46,047 nucleotides of DNA from contig CAIMDX010000036.1 in the NCBI GenBank assembly GCA_903839905.1, forward strand, positions 1 through 46,047. The letters run 5' to 3'. The notes under the pieces are model-generated. The model was not told the DNA's origin, ran no database searches, and saw only the letters and a list, made by a program, of their open reading frames with translations. Position numbers and translations under genes: made by a program. Positions 1 through 9,326 of this stretch are shown piece after piece; the first letter of the stretch is position 1, and each line of letters begins with the position of its first letter. This DNA comes from an uncultured bacterium (GTDB taxonomy: Bacteria; Patescibacteriota; Minisyncoccia; Minisyncoccales; JAQTVQ01).

Positions 1-2
1 CA

Positions 3-695
3 TCCATCGGCTTATTTTTTATCTCCGCCGACAGGGATAATAATTTAAATGTTGATTCTAAGCCCATAAATAATGATTCATTAACCGCTTCAATAGTTGA
101 TAATAATCAAAATAATGAAAGCCAAAAAACTATGGAAATTAAATTAGACAACAAAGTCACGGAAGAAATTACTGCCAACCAAGGCCCGGTGATGCAGATA
201 GATAAAGAGGCGGATTATGTCGCAGTACTGAAAACATCGGAAGGAGATATCAAGATACAGCTTAATGCCAGCGCGACCCCGATCACGGTCAATAATTTTA
301 TTTATCTGGTCCGCAAAGGATTTTACGACAACACTATTTTTCATCGCGTGATTAGCGGTTTTATGATCCAAGGAGGAGATCCGTTAGGGACGGGATTCGG
401 CGGTCCGGGTTATAAATTCAACCATGAACCTTTTACTGGAGAATACAAACGCGGCATCATCGCTATGGCCAATTCAGGATTGAATACCAACGGCAGCCAA
501 TTTTTTATAATGCATAAAGATTTTGCCCTCTCTCCAGATTATGTGATTTTTGGCCAGGTAATAGAAGGCTTGGATGTTGTTGATAAAATTGCCGGAGCAG
601 AAGTAAAACTTGGCGGCGATGGAGCGATGTCTTCCCCTGTCAATCCAATTAAAATTTTGTCAGCCGAAATTTTTCAAGTCCAACCTATCAAATAA
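3..695 (+). CDS. cyclophilin-type peptidyl-prolyl cis-trans isomerase (5' end probably outside window)
   Basis: Cyclophilin blocks FHRVISGFMIQGGDP and IIAMANSGLNTNGSQFFI. The first ATG is at 132, but the frame stays open back to base 3. That upstream stretch encodes a hydrophobic end (IGLFFISA) plus an N/D/S-rich linker, so a membrane-anchored N-terminus may start upstream of the window. Confidence 0.85.
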   Translation, partial: SIGLFFISADRDNNLNVDSKPINNDSLTASIVDNNQNNESQKTMEIKLDNKVTEEITANQGPVMQIDKEADYVAVLKTSEGDIKIQLNASATPITVNNFIYLVRKGFYDNTIFHRVISGFMIQGGDPLGTGFGGPGYKFNHEPFTGEYKRGIIAMANSGLNTNGSQFFIMHKDFALSPDYVIFGQVIEGLDVVDKIAGAEVKLGGDGAMSSPVNPIKILSAEIFQVQPIK

Positions 696-706
696 TTTTT
701 AGAAAA

Positions 707-1372
707 ATGAGCAAAATTTCGGAAGAAATTATTTATAAGCTCAAGAAGCAAGCTAACCCGAAAAATGCAGAGGGGATGGCGAGATTCGGGATAAGCCTAA
801 ATAACACTCTTGGCGTTTCAATGCCTGTTTTGCGCAAGTTGGCCAAAGAAATAGGAAAGGAACACCAGCTTGCTCTGGATCTTTGGCAAAGCGGGATCCA
901 CGAAGCTAGAATTTTAGCTTGCTTAGTGGACGAGGTTGGCAAAGTTTCCAAGGACCAAATGGATGGCTGGGTTAAAGATTTTGATTCATGGGATGTTTGC
1001 GATCAGGTTTGTATGAATCTGTTTGTTGAAACAAAGTGGGCTTTTAGCAAGGCCAAGCAATGGACCAAAAACAAAGAAGAATTTGTAAGGCGGGCTGGGT
1101 TTGCTTTGATGGCTGCTTTAGCCGTCCATAACAAGAAAGCTAAAGATGAAGATTTTATAGCTTTCTTTCCTTGTATTAAAAAGCAAGCCGTTGATGAAAG
1201 AAATTTTGTGCGCAAAGCGGTTAACTGGGCTTTGCGTCAAATCGGAAAAAGAAACGCAAATTTAAAAAATGAAGCCATGCGCTTGGCCGAGGAAATAAAA
1301 AAGATTGATTCCAGACCAGCCCAATGGATCGCCAATGACGCTTTACGGGAATTGAAAGCTAAAAAGTTCTGA
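707..1372 (+). CDS. DNA alkylation repair protein (AlkD-like HEAT-repeat family)
   Basis: 221 aa. Family-typical blocks NPKNAEGMARFGI, LWQSGIHEARILA, FDSWDVCDQ and VRKAVNWALRQIGKRN. Confidence 0.8.
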   Translation: MSKISEEIIYKLKKQANPKNAEGMARFGISLNNTLGVSMPVLRKLAKEIGKEHQLALDLWQSGIHEARILACLVDEVGKVSKDQMDGWVKDFDSWDVCDQVCMNLFVETKWAFSKAKQWTKNKEEFVRRAGFALMAALAVHNKKAKDEDFIAFFPCIKKQAVDERNFVRKAVNWALRQIGKRNANLKNEAMRLAEEIKKIDSRPAQWIANDALRELKAKKF

Positions 1373-1452
1373 AGCCTGATTGTCCTTTTTGCTTTTTTTA
1401 GGTATCTTTAAGTAAGGGTCAGATCATCAATCTTAAATGGTATTATAAAAAT

Positions 1453-2247
1453 ATGGAAAATAGCACAGAGACTAAAGCAGTTTGCAAGATAAGCGATATC
1501 GTTTGGGCTGCCATAGCTATCGGCGCCTCTATTATCCTTGCCACAATTATAGGAGCGGATTCTTTTTACAGATCAAAACAGCTTTCCAATGTTTTATCTG
1601 TGACGGGCTCTGCAGAAAGAATGGTTTCCTCCGATACGGTAAAATGGCAAAGCGTTCTTTCCCGTTCGGTTGATGCTTACGGCTTGAAGCAGGGAAGCGC
1701 TGCGATGAAGAACGATCTTCAGATCATCAAGAAATATTTTAAAGATTCGGGAGTTGAGGATGGAGAAGTTGTGGTTAACCCGGTGACAGTTAGTCCTGTT
1801 TGCGAAAGCCAGAACGGCATTTTTTATGATAAATACGGAGGGCAAACTTGCGGCAGCAGCCGGACAACCGGTTACAACTTACAGCAAGTAATAACTGTTG
1901 AGTCTACGAAAGTGAAAGAAGTCGGCGATTTGTCGCAGGCCTCTTCGGATTATTTCATAGGCCAGGGGTTAGTTTTCACCACTCAAAGCCTGGAATATTA
2001 TTACAGCAAATTGGCCGATCTTCGCTTAGATCTGCTTTCAGATGCCACAAAAGACGCTAAAGCCAGAGCGGAAAAGATAGCACAGAGTACAGGTAAAGAG
2101 ATAGACGCCTTGCAATCCGCTAGCATGGGCGTTTTTCAAGTGACAGCTAAAAATTCCGTGGATGTTTCCGACTACGGGATTTATGACACTAATTCTTTGG
2201 AGAAAAAAGTAACAGGCGTAGTTAGAGTTTCTTTCTCGTTAAAATAA
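1453..2247 (+). CDS. SIMPL (DUF541) domain protein, N-terminal membrane anchor
   Basis: One N-terminal TM helix, then VTGSAERMVSSDTVKW and a C-terminal KKVTGVVRVSFSL beta-strand, resembling SIMPL/periplasmic immunogenic proteins. Confidence 0.6.
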   Translation: MENSTETKAVCKISDIVWAAIAIGASIILATIIGADSFYRSKQLSNVLSVTGSAERMVSSDTVKWQSVLSRSVDAYGLKQGSAAMKNDLQIIKKYFKDSGVEDGEVVVNPVTVSPVCESQNGIFYDKYGGQTCGSSRTTGYNLQQVITVESTKVKEVGDLSQASSDYFIGQGLVFTTQSLEYYYSKLADLRLDLLSDATKDAKARAEKIAQSTGKEIDALQSASMGVFQVTAKNSVDVSDYGIYDTNSLEKKVTGVVRVSFSLK

Positions 2248-2249
2248 AC

Positions 2250-2274
2250 TACCCCGCAGCAAGCTGACGGGGTA
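2250..2274 (+). terminator. stem-loop after the SIMPL gene
   Basis: TACCCCGCAGC-AA-GCTG(A)CGGGGTA hairpin 3 nt after the stop. The trailing U-tract is weak. Confidence 0.45.
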
Positions 2275-2304
2275 TTCTACCAGATTAAATAATTTTAAAT
2301 TAAA

Positions 2305-2949
2305 ATGATTATGGATAAAAGTAAAATTATAGCCTTGGCAACAATTTTTATTTCGTTCGCCATAGGTATTTGGGCTTATCCTCAACTGCCGGAAATAGTA
2401 GCCAGCCATTGGAATGAGAAAGGGGAAGTGAACGGCTATATGTCTAAATTTTTGGGAATATTTTTAATGCCGATTATGTCATTGGCGATGTTTTTATTGT
2501 TTAACTTTATTCCGAAAATAGATCCAATGAAAGCTAATATTGAAAAATTCCGTAAATATTATAACGCTTTTATTGTTTCCATTATTTTATTCTTGTTCTA
2601 TCTTTATCTATTGACCATGGCTTGGAATTTCGGTTACAGGTTTAATATGACATATTTTATGGTGCCGGCCCTTTCCGCTTTGTTCTATTGGTGCGGCATT
2701 CTTGTGGAAAATACTAAAAGAAATTGGTTTATCGGCATCAAAACCCCTTGGACCATTAGCAATGATGTTGTTTGGGATAAGACCCATAAGCTGGGCGGAA
2801 AGCTTTTTAAGGTTGCGGCGGTATTATCTTTGCTGGGAATATTTTTCGGGGAGCTGGCTTTTTGGTTCACAATTTTGCCGGTTATGGTCTTTTCCATTTA
2901 TCTTTTATTCTATTCTTACTTTGAGTATCAAAAAGAAATGAAGAAATAG
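2305..2949 (+). CDS. DUF1648/SdpI-family membrane protein
   Basis: YPQLPEIVASHWNEKGEVNGYMSK (DUF1648-type start) followed by about 5 TM helices and a NWFIGIKTPWT block typical of SdpI-like immunity/signalling proteins. Confidence 0.7.
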   Translation: MIMDKSKIIALATIFISFAIGIWAYPQLPEIVASHWNEKGEVNGYMSKFLGIFLMPIMSLAMFLLFNFIPKIDPMKANIEKFRKYYNAFIVSIILFLFYLYLLTMAWNFGYRFNMTYFMVPALSALFYWCGILVENTKRNWFIGIKTPWTISNDVVWDKTHKLGGKLFKVAAVLSLLGIFFGELAFWFTILPVMVFSIYLLFYSYFEYQKEMKK

Positions 2950-3166
2950 CCACTATGAATTTTATCGCCACCGCGCAATAAGAACCGATGGGGAAGCAGG
3001 CCTGCAGGCAGCCATGGCCGCAGGAAGGGCAGAAAAGCCGGGGCTTGCTAAAAATTAGAAAATAGTATATAGTCTAGATAAGGAAATACTCGGATTAAGA
3101 ATTTGTTTTTGAAACAAATTTTCTCTTTTTCGTCATAATTATTATAGAGGTGAAAGCCTCATTTTT

Positions 3167-3745
3167 ATGTTTTCCGTACATCAGAATATTGATTTGGCGA
3201 TAAATAATATTATTAAATACATGACCGCACCAGAAGTCATTTTTTCTATTTTGAAAGCGATTTTGATTTTGGCCACAGCATTGGTCGTGGTTAAGTTTGG
3301 CAATTTATTTATCTCTAAAGCAATCAAAACGCTCGTTAGCAAGAAGGCTGGGACAAAAAGCAAGATCCCGGGGGAAAGAATAACGACTTTGACCGAAGTT
3401 TTTAACTCATTTTTCACTCTTTTAGTTTGGACAACGGCGCTTTTGACCATTCTGTCAGAATTCAAGATCAATATTGCTCCTATCTTGGCCAGCTTGGGTA
3501 TTGTCGGTTTGGCTTTGAGTATGGGAGCTAAAAATCTCATCCAAGATTATTTATCGGGAATCGTCATTCTTTTGGAAGACCAGTACCGCATTGGCGAAAA
3601 AGTTGAGCTGGCTGGCAAGGTAGGGGAAGTCAAAGAAATAAACTTGAGAAGAACCATACTTTTTAATTCAGAAGACAAAAAAACCTGCTATATCCCGAAC
3701 GGAGAAGTTAAAACCGTGGTCAACCTTTCGCGCGACATCAGCTAA
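3167..3745 (+). CDS. small-conductance mechanosensitive channel (MscS family), short form
   Basis: Block LIQDYLSGIVILLEDQYRIGEKVELAGKVGEVKEINLRRT...IPNGEV matches the MscS pore helix and beta domain. At only 192 aa the usual C-terminal alpha/beta domain is absent. Confidence 0.75.
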   Translation: MFSVHQNIDLAINNIIKYMTAPEVIFSILKAILILATALVVVKFGNLFISKAIKTLVSKKAGTKSKIPGERITTLTEVFNSFFTLLVWTTALLTILSEFKINIAPILASLGIVGLALSMGAKNLIQDYLSGIVILLEDQYRIGEKVELAGKVGEVKEINLRRTILFNSEDKKTCYIPNGEVKTVVNLSRDIS

Positions 3746-3825
3746 GCGGCCGTTTTCAACCAAAAGCCGGCCCTGCTTTTATCATTGTTTTTTAAGCAAA
3801 TAGTTGATAGAATAGCAGTACTTAA

Positions 3826-5619
3826 ATGGACTCTCCTATTGAAGAAATAAAAAACCGTGTCAATATAGTTGACATTATTGGGGGCTACCTAAAACTTCAA
3901 AAAGCCGGCGCTAATTGGCGGGCTTGCTGTCCTTTTCATAACGAAAAAGGACCATCTTTTTTTGTTTCGCCCAGCCGTCAAATTTGGCATTGTTTCGGAT
4001 GTTCTAAAGGAGGCGATGTTTTTTCTTTTGTAAAAGAAATTGAAGGAGTGGAATTTGGCGACGCTTTGCGAATCTTGGCCCATAAAGCTGGAGTGGAATT
4101 AAAGCCCCAGTCGCCTGAATGGCAAAATCTTAAAACCGAGAGGCAGAGAGTTTATGATGTTTGCGATCTGTCCTGCCGTTTTTATGAAGCCCAGCTGGAA
4201 AAAAGCAAAACCGGCCAGGAGGCCAAAAAATATCTTTTAAGCCGCGGACTGAATGAGGAATCTATTATTAAGTGGCGTTTGGGTTTTGCTCCGGATACTT
4301 GGCAAGGATTATCAGATTTTTTAGTCGGACGGGATTACGATAGAGAAGAGGCCGGTAAGGCCGGGCTGGCGGTTAAAAACAAAGAGGGGAATTTCTATGA
4401 TCGTTTTCGCGGCCGGATAATGTTTCCAGTCTTTGATGTTAATTCTCAAGTGGTTGGTTTCGGGGGAAGAGTTTTTGAAACGCCGAAAAATGACGCCGAG
4501 GGGGCGAAATATATAAATATTTCCAATACGCTGATCTATGATAAAAGCAGAATACTTTACGGGTTGGACAAGGCCAAAGTTGATATCAGAAAAAAAGATT
4601 CTTGTATTCTAGTGGAAGGCTATATGGACTGCATTTTGAGCCATCAGGCTGGCGTGCCGAATGTGGTTGCAGCCTCGGGTACGGCGTTGACGCCTTGGCA
4701 TTTGAATTTATTGAAGCGCTATTCCCAAAATTTAACTCTGTCTTTTGATATGGACACCGGCGGCAACGAAGCCTCAAAGCGCGGCATAGACTTAGCCAGA
4801 AGAGAAGGGTTTAATATTAAAATGACCATAATGCCCGAGGGGAAAGATCCGGCCGATGTGATTGTTGAACAAAGCGGCGAGGCTTGGCAGGAGATCGCCG
4901 ATAAGGCCAAACCGATAGTGGAATATTATTTCAATTTGGCTTTTGTGGGGCGCGATTCAAGCAATATTTCCGACAAGAAAGAAATAGCCAGAATCGTTTT
5001 GCCGGAGATTAAAAAACTTTCCAATAAGATAGAACAGAATTACTGGCTGCAAGAGCTGGCCAAAAAATTAAAAGCCAGAGAGGAAGATTTAGAGCAAGAG
5101 ATGGGCAAGATAAAAATAGAAGCCGGATATATTGAGCCTGTCAGCAATTTGCAAGCAGGGCAGGCGAAGAGCGGACAGCCGGAAAATTGCCAAAGGCCCA
5201 GAAAAGAGCTATTAGAAGAAGAACTTTTGGTTTTGATCCTGGCTGATCCTAAAAGCGTTGCGGAAGTATCGCGAGAGCTTGTTGAAAGGTTTGCCGGGCT
5301 GGCCAAGGAAATTATTCTAAAAATAAAAAGCGATCCCGAGATCGTCCAGGCCGAGCTTGAGAAAAGTTTTGCGGAACCGATAGAAACCGCTAATTTTTTA
5401 GGACAGGTTTTTCTGCGGTCCGATCTGGAGAAAGAGGATATGGACGGCTTTAAGGAAAATTTTGCAGCCTGCCTTTGCCAAATAGAAAAAATGCATCTCA
5501 AGGAAGATCTTAACCAGCTTTCTTTTGAGATTAAGAATGCCGAGAGGGAAGGAGATCTGGAAAAGTCAAAAGATCTTTTAACGCAATTCACTAATTTAGC
5601 TAAAAAATTAAACCAGTAA
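3826..5619 (+). CDS. dnaG: DNA primase
   Basis: CHC2 zinc finger CPFHNEKGPSFFVSPSRQIWHCFGCSKGGD and a TOPRIM block ILVEGYMDCI...SFDMDTGG. Confidence 0.97.
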   Translation: MDSPIEEIKNRVNIVDIIGGYLKLQKAGANWRACCPFHNEKGPSFFVSPSRQIWHCFGCSKGGDVFSFVKEIEGVEFGDALRILAHKAGVELKPQSPEWQNLKTERQRVYDVCDLSCRFYEAQLEKSKTGQEAKKYLLSRGLNEESIIKWRLGFAPDTWQGLSDFLVGRDYDREEAGKAGLAVKNKEGNFYDRFRGRIMFPVFDVNSQVVGFGGRVFETPKNDAEGAKYINISNTLIYDKSRILYGLDKAKVDIRKKDSCILVEGYMDCILSHQAGVPNVVAASGTALTPWHLNLLKRYSQNLTLSFDMDTGGNEASKRGIDLARREGFNIKMTIMPEGKDPADVIVEQSGEAWQEIADKAKPIVEYYFNLAFVGRDSSNISDKKEIARIVLPEIKKLSNKIEQNYWLQELAKKLKAREEDLEQEMGKIKIEAGYIEPVSNLQAGQAKSGQPENCQRPRKELLEEELLVLILADPKSVAEVSRELVERFAGLAKEIILKIKSDPEIVQAELEKSFAEPIETANFLGQVFLRSDLEKEDMDGFKENFAACLCQIEKMHLKEDLNQLSFEIKNAEREGDLEKSKDLLTQFTNLAKKLNQ

Positions 5620-5629
5620 ACTATAACCT

Positions 5630-6835
5630 ATGGCCAAAACTTTAAAAAAGAAAAAACCAGTTCCGGCGAAAACAAAAGCAAAAAAGGTAAAAAAAGCCGC
5701 GCCAAAAAAAATAGTAAAAGCCAAAGTGAAAAAACCGGCTCGGAAAAAAAGCCGCAAACCGTCTAAGCCAAGAGTTTTTATTACGCCGGAAATTTTGCAA
5801 GGCTTGACCGAAAAGGGAAGATCTCGCGGTTTTGTCACTTTTTCGGAGATCCTTTTTGCTTTGCCGGATATTGAAGAAAATATTGAGGAACTGGAAAAAC
5901 TTTATCAAGAGCTGGAAAAGCAAAGCATTGATGTGAAAGAATCAAAGGGCTATTTAGATATTGATGAAGAGAAAACCAAAAAGAAAGCCAGGACCTTTGC
6001 CGTTCGCAAGATTGATTCGGTTCAAACCTATTTAAAAGAGATCGGGAGAATTTCTTCTATCACCGCCAAAGAAGAAAAAACTTTGGCTAAAAGAATTGAA
6101 AAAGGGGACAAGGAAGCCCGCAAGAAATTAACCGAAGCTAATTTGCGCTTGGTGGTTTCAATCGCCAAAAAATATGTCGGCCGTTCTCCGAATTTAACTT
6201 TGCTTGATCTGATCCAAGAGGGGAATATCGGCCTTTTCCGCGCTGTGGAAAAATTTGACTGGCGCAAAGGCTATAAATTTTCCACTTACGCCACTTGGTG
6301 GATAAGGCAAACTATTACTCGCGCTTTGGCCGACCAGGCCAGAACTATCAGAATTCCGGTCCATATGATTGAAACGCTGACCAAATACACCCAGATAAAG
6401 CGCAGGCTTTTACAGGAATTGGGCCGCGAACCATTGGCCGAAGAAATTGCCGATGAGATGCAATTGGAAGTTGACAAGGTCCGCCATTTGGATAAAATTT
6501 CTCAAAAAGCTATTTCCTTGGAAACCCCTGTGGGCGAAGACGAGAAAGACAGCACTCTCGGCGAGTTTATTAAAGACGACAAAGCTGAATCTCCCTCGGC
6601 CATTGCCGGAAGAACGATCTGGCGCGAAAGGCTGGATGATATTTTAAAAGAGCTTACTCCCAGAGAACAAAAGATCTTATCAATGCGTTTCGGTTTGGAC
6701 GACGGCGTAGTTTATACCTTGGAAGAAGTCGGCCAGAAGTTTGGCGTAACCCGCGAAAGAATCAGGCAGATAGAAGCCAAAGCCCTAGAAAAGATTCGCC
6801 AGCACAGCGGACTGAAGAAGTTGGAAGGATACTAA
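5630..6835 (+). CDS. rpoD: primary RNA polymerase sigma factor, with Lys-rich N-terminal extension
   Basis: Region 2 [35 protein letters not shown]. Region 4.2 [25 protein letters not shown]. Lies directly after dnaG, as in the conserved dnaG-rpoD arrangement. Confidence 0.97.
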   Translation: MAKTLKKKKPVPAKTKAKKVKKAAPKKIVKAKVKKPARKKSRKPSKPRVFITPEILQGLTEKGRSRGFVTFSEILFALPDIEENIEELEKLYQELEKQSIDVKESKGYLDIDEEKTKKKARTFAVRKIDSVQTYLKEIGRISSITAKEEKTLAKRIEKGDKEARKKLTEANLRLVVSIAKKYVGRSPNLTLLDLIQEGNIGLFRAVEKFDWRKGYKFSTYATWWIRQTITRALADQARTIRIPVHMIETLTKYTQIKRRLLQELGREPLAEEIADEMQLEVDKVRHLDKISQKAISLETPVGEDEKDSTLGEFIKDDKAESPSAIAGRTIWRERLDDILKELTPREQKILSMRFGLDDGVVYTLEEVGQKFGVTRERIRQIEAKALEKIRQHSGLKKLEGY

Positions 6836-6841
6836 TATATT

Positions 6842-6881
6842 CAAGATGAGCCCTTTTTTTCTAGGGGAAGGGCTTATCTTG
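6842..6881 (+). terminator. intrinsic terminator after rpoD
   Basis: CAAGATGAGCCCTT ... AAGGGCTTATCTTG 14-bp stem (one G-U) followed by a T-rich tail. Confidence 0.6.
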
Positions 6882-6920
6882 AAAATTTTGTGATTTTAGT
6901 TTAATATTGGAGAGTATTAT

Positions 6921-6992
6921 TCCGCGGTGGCGCAATGGTAGCGCGGTTGGCTGTTAACCAATAGGTTGTAGGTTCGAATCCTACCCGCGGAG
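6921..6992 (+). tRNA. tRNA-Asn (anticodon GTT)
   Basis: Hand-folded cloverleaf of 72 nt. Acceptor TCCGCGG/CCGCGGA, D stem GCGC/GCGC, anticodon stem GTTGG/CCAAT with loop CTGTTAA, T arm GTAGG-TTCGAAT-CCTAC. CCA is not encoded. Confidence 0.93.
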
Positions 6993-7025
6993 CCCAGTAG
7001 TCGAAATCAAACCAGTTTCAGCAAG

Positions 7026-7070
7026 GAGCGAGCCAAAACTCGCTTTTTGGTTTGAGCCGCCTGGCTAAAG
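7026..7070 (+). terminator. terminator cassette copy A (hairpin + T5 + GGTTTGAGCCGCCTGGCTAAAG box)
   Basis: GAGCGAG-CCAAAA-CTCGCT hairpin and T-run, then a box shared with the copy at 8398-8418. Confidence 0.6.
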
Positions 7071-7080
7071 GGTGGATTTT

Positions 7081-7089
7081 TGGTAGAAT
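7081..7089 (+). promoter_or_regulatory. extended -10 promoter element TGGTAGAAT
   Basis: TGn + TAGAAT, 27 nt upstream of the ATG at 7116. Confidence 0.45.
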
Positions 7090-7115
7090 ATTATTATAAT
7101 AGCTTAAATTATTCT

Positions 7116-7565
7116 ATGAAATCACTTGTTATTTGTACTTCAATACATCATCAAAACACCTCAAGGATTGCAAGCGCTATTGCCGAAGTTCTTCAAGCTC
7201 AAATAAATAAACCAAACGAAGTTCATAATGAAGATTTGTCTTCGTACGACATAATTGGTTTTGGTTCCGGTATTTATCGTTGGAAGGTTCATAAAGCCCT
7301 TTTGGATTTTGCTGATAATTTGCCCAATATGCAACAGAAGTCGGTTTTTATATTTTCAACTAGCGGAGCCCCTGATGGAAGTAAATATCATAAAGAATTA
7401 AAAGACAGATTGACTAAAAAGAATTGTAAAATTGTGGGAGAATTTAATTGCCGGGGCTGGGACACATTCGGCCCATTAAAAATAATTGGCGGATTAAACA
7501 AAAACAAACCGAATAAGGACGATATAGAAAAAGCGAAAAGATTTGCCCAATCGCTAAAAATATAA
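7116..7565 (+). CDS. flavodoxin-family protein
   Basis: MKSLVICTSIHHQNTSRIA...YDIIGFGSGIY...VFIFSTSG is a flavodoxin-like fold pattern. I prefer ATG 7116 over the TTG at 7080 because the promoter element sits at 7081-7089. Confidence 0.7.
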   Translation: MKSLVICTSIHHQNTSRIASAIAEVLQAQINKPNEVHNEDLSSYDIIGFGSGIYRWKVHKALLDFADNLPNMQQKSVFIFSTSGAPDGSKYHKELKDRLTKKNCKIVGEFNCRGWDTFGPLKIIGGLNKNKPNKDDIEKAKRFAQSLKI

Positions 7566-7708
7566 AATAATAATGGGCGAGAAATCAGATGGATAACATT
7601 CAATCAGCTTTTGTTCAATAATATAGATTCTAACTGCTTAATAGCCATCGGAGCCCAGAAGTTGAGACGAACTGCCGAAAGGCCTGCCTACCGGCAGGCA
7701 GGCGGACG

Positions 7709-7729
7709 GCGGGAGAAATCCCGCTTTTT
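7709..7729 (+). terminator. terminator cassette copy C (GCGGGA-GAAA-TCCCGC + T5)
   Basis: Hairpin identical to the one at 8376-8397. Lies 144 nt after the flavodoxin stop. Confidence 0.65.
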
Positions 7730-7781
7730 CGTTGGCTTTGCTTTGCGGCCGTATATGGCCTATAATAGCCCTACCATAAAT

Positions 7782-8348
7782 ATGAAAATAGAATCAGCTC
7801 AATTTGCAAAAGGAGTGCGTGGCAGCGATCCCGTATTTGACGATGGGGTTCCCCAGGTCGCTTTTATCGGGCGTTCAAATGTGGGGAAGTCCAGTGTTAT
7901 CAATTCTTTGGTTGGCAGCAAGGACCTGGCAAAGACAAGTTCTTTCCCGGGGCGCACTCAAAAAATAAACTTGTTTCTGATCAACAAATCTTTGTATTTT
8001 GTTGATTTGCCTGGCTATGGTTACGCTAAAGTTCCGGATAAGTTGAAAGAAAGTATTGGAGCTATGGTAAACTGGTATTTTTTTGTTTCCGAATACGAAC
8101 AGAAAAAAGTGGTTTTGATTATTGATGCCAAGGTTGGTCCGACCGAAGACGATTTGGAGATTCTTTCCTCTTTAGATGAGCACAATAAAGATATTATTAT
8201 CGTAGCGAATAAAATAGACAAGATGAAGAAAAAGGAATGCGAGGATCAATTTAAGATAATAGAAGAGGCCATGGGAGGCCATAAAATTATTCCTTATTCT
8301 GCGAAAAAGAAGATTGGAGTAGAAGAATTGTTAAGAGAGATATTATAG
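7782..8348 (+). CDS. engB: ribosome biogenesis GTP-binding protein YihA/YsxC
   Basis: G1 GRSNVGKSS, G3 DLPGYG, G4 ANKIDK. ATG 7782 is preceded by TATAAT at 7761-7766. The tracked TTG start at 7611 would read through a terminator. Confidence 0.9.
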   Translation: MKIESAQFAKGVRGSDPVFDDGVPQVAFIGRSNVGKSSVINSLVGSKDLAKTSSFPGRTQKINLFLINKSLYFVDLPGYGYAKVPDKLKESIGAMVNWYFFVSEYEQKKVVLIIDAKVGPTEDDLEILSSLDEHNKDIIIVANKIDKMKKKECEDQFKIIEEAMGGHKIIPYSAKKKIGVEELLREIL

Positions 8349-8375
8349 TATTTTCAGCGGTATTGGTTGGAACCA

Positions 8376-8418
8376 GCGGGAGAAATCCCGCTTTTTTGTT
8401 GGAGCCGCCTAACCAAAA
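8376..8418 (+). terminator. terminator cassette copy B (GCGGGA-GAAA-TCCCGC + T6 + GTTGGAGCCGCCTAACCAAAA box)
   Basis: Perfect 6-bp GC stem with GAAA loop and T6, 28 nt after the engB stop. Confidence 0.7.
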
Positions 8419-8472
8419 TGCGATTTTTTAGTTATTGTTATTTTTGAACGGAAAAAGTAAAATTATATCAAT

Positions 8473-9315
8473 ATGAGTATGAGTAAAAAGAAAGGCATTG
8501 TTTTGTCAGTTTTAATTCTTGTGGTCGGGCTTTTTTATTATATAGGAGTTGAAGACCAAAACGGCCAGCTTGGTTCATCAAAAAAGCTCGCTTTTGAAGA
8601 TAAGGGGGATTTTAAAATTGTCTATGGCAAAACACAGAATCCCAGATACGCCGAATATAACAAGCTTCTTGAAAGTTCTAAGGGATTTGAAAGCATAGCT
8701 GTTTTTTTGAATGGGACATTTATACTGCAAAAAGATTTTCCGATTATCATTGAAGAGTGCGGTTTTATTAATGCTTATTACACTCCCGACGAAAAGAAAA
8801 TAGTCATATGCGATGAATTATTAGACAACCTTACTCAAAATTTTTCCTACATTGTCAAAACAAAAGAGGAAGTGGATAGAGCTGTAACCGGTGCCGCTTA
8901 TTTTATTCTTTTCCACGAATTAGGGCATGGGATGATAGATGTATATAATTTAACTTATTCCGGAAAGGAGGAAGATGTGGCTGACCAGCTGGCTTCCGTA
9001 ATTTTAACAGGCTTGGGCGAAGACGGACCCAAGGCTGCGATTACCGGAGCTAATTATTTTTACATTACAAGTTCTGAAATAGGTCCTGGTTATGCTTTTT
9101 GGGACGAGCATGCCTTGAATCAACAGCGCTATTATAATATTCTGTGCTGGGTCTACGGCAGTAATCCGCCAAAATTTAATTATTTTGTGGGAACTTACGG
9201 TTTGCCCCAAGATCGGGCAGCGCGTTGCCAATATGAATACGAAAAGATGTTTAAATTCTGGGATGCTAACCTAACGCCATATGTTAAAGTACAAATAAAA
9301 GCAGGGGCAAACTAG
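8473..9315 (+). CDS. putative zinc metallopeptidase (DUF4344-like), signal-anchored
   Basis: N-terminal TM (IVLSVLILVVGLFYYIG). HELGH motif followed by EEDVADQLA, as in DUF4344 putative metallopeptidases. Confidence 0.6.
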   Translation: MSMSKKKGIVLSVLILVVGLFYYIGVEDQNGQLGSSKKLAFEDKGDFKIVYGKTQNPRYAEYNKLLESSKGFESIAVFLNGTFILQKDFPIIIEECGFINAYYTPDEKKIVICDELLDNLTQNFSYIVKTKEEVDRAVTGAAYFILFHELGHGMIDVYNLTYSGKEEDVADQLASVILTGLGEDGPKAAITGANYFYITSSEIGPGYAFWDEHALNQQRYYNILCWVYGSNPPKFNYFVGTYGLPQDRAARCQYEYEKMFKFWDANLTPYVKVQIKAGAN

Positions 9316-9326
9316 TAAAGACCATA

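Noticed and set aside
1370-1372. Alternative genetic code (TGA recoded, as in some CPR lineages)
   Set aside because: TGA ends well-delimited genes (for example 1370-1372 and 23390-23392), and conserved proteins need no in-frame TGA read-through.
2955-3050. SRP (4.5S) RNA-like GC-rich island
   Set aside because: It contains GGAAG-like and GCAG strings but not the conserved domain IV arrangement (symmetric and asymmetric loops closed by a GNAR tetraloop). I could not fold it into a single long helix.
5040-5591. 183-aa minus-strand ORF inside dnaG
   Set aside because: It is fully antisense to a well-supported gene. Its S/L/F-rich low-complexity translation mirrors the K/E-rich codons of the dnaG C-terminus.
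7080-7781. Long TTG-initiated N-terminal extensions in the ORF track (7080, 7611; also 12848, 31048, 37156, 38679, 39007)
   Set aside because: The extensions run through terminator hairpins, promoter elements, the microsatellite or the preceding gene, and add non-conserved sequence. Internal ATGs with a promoter or SD context fit better.
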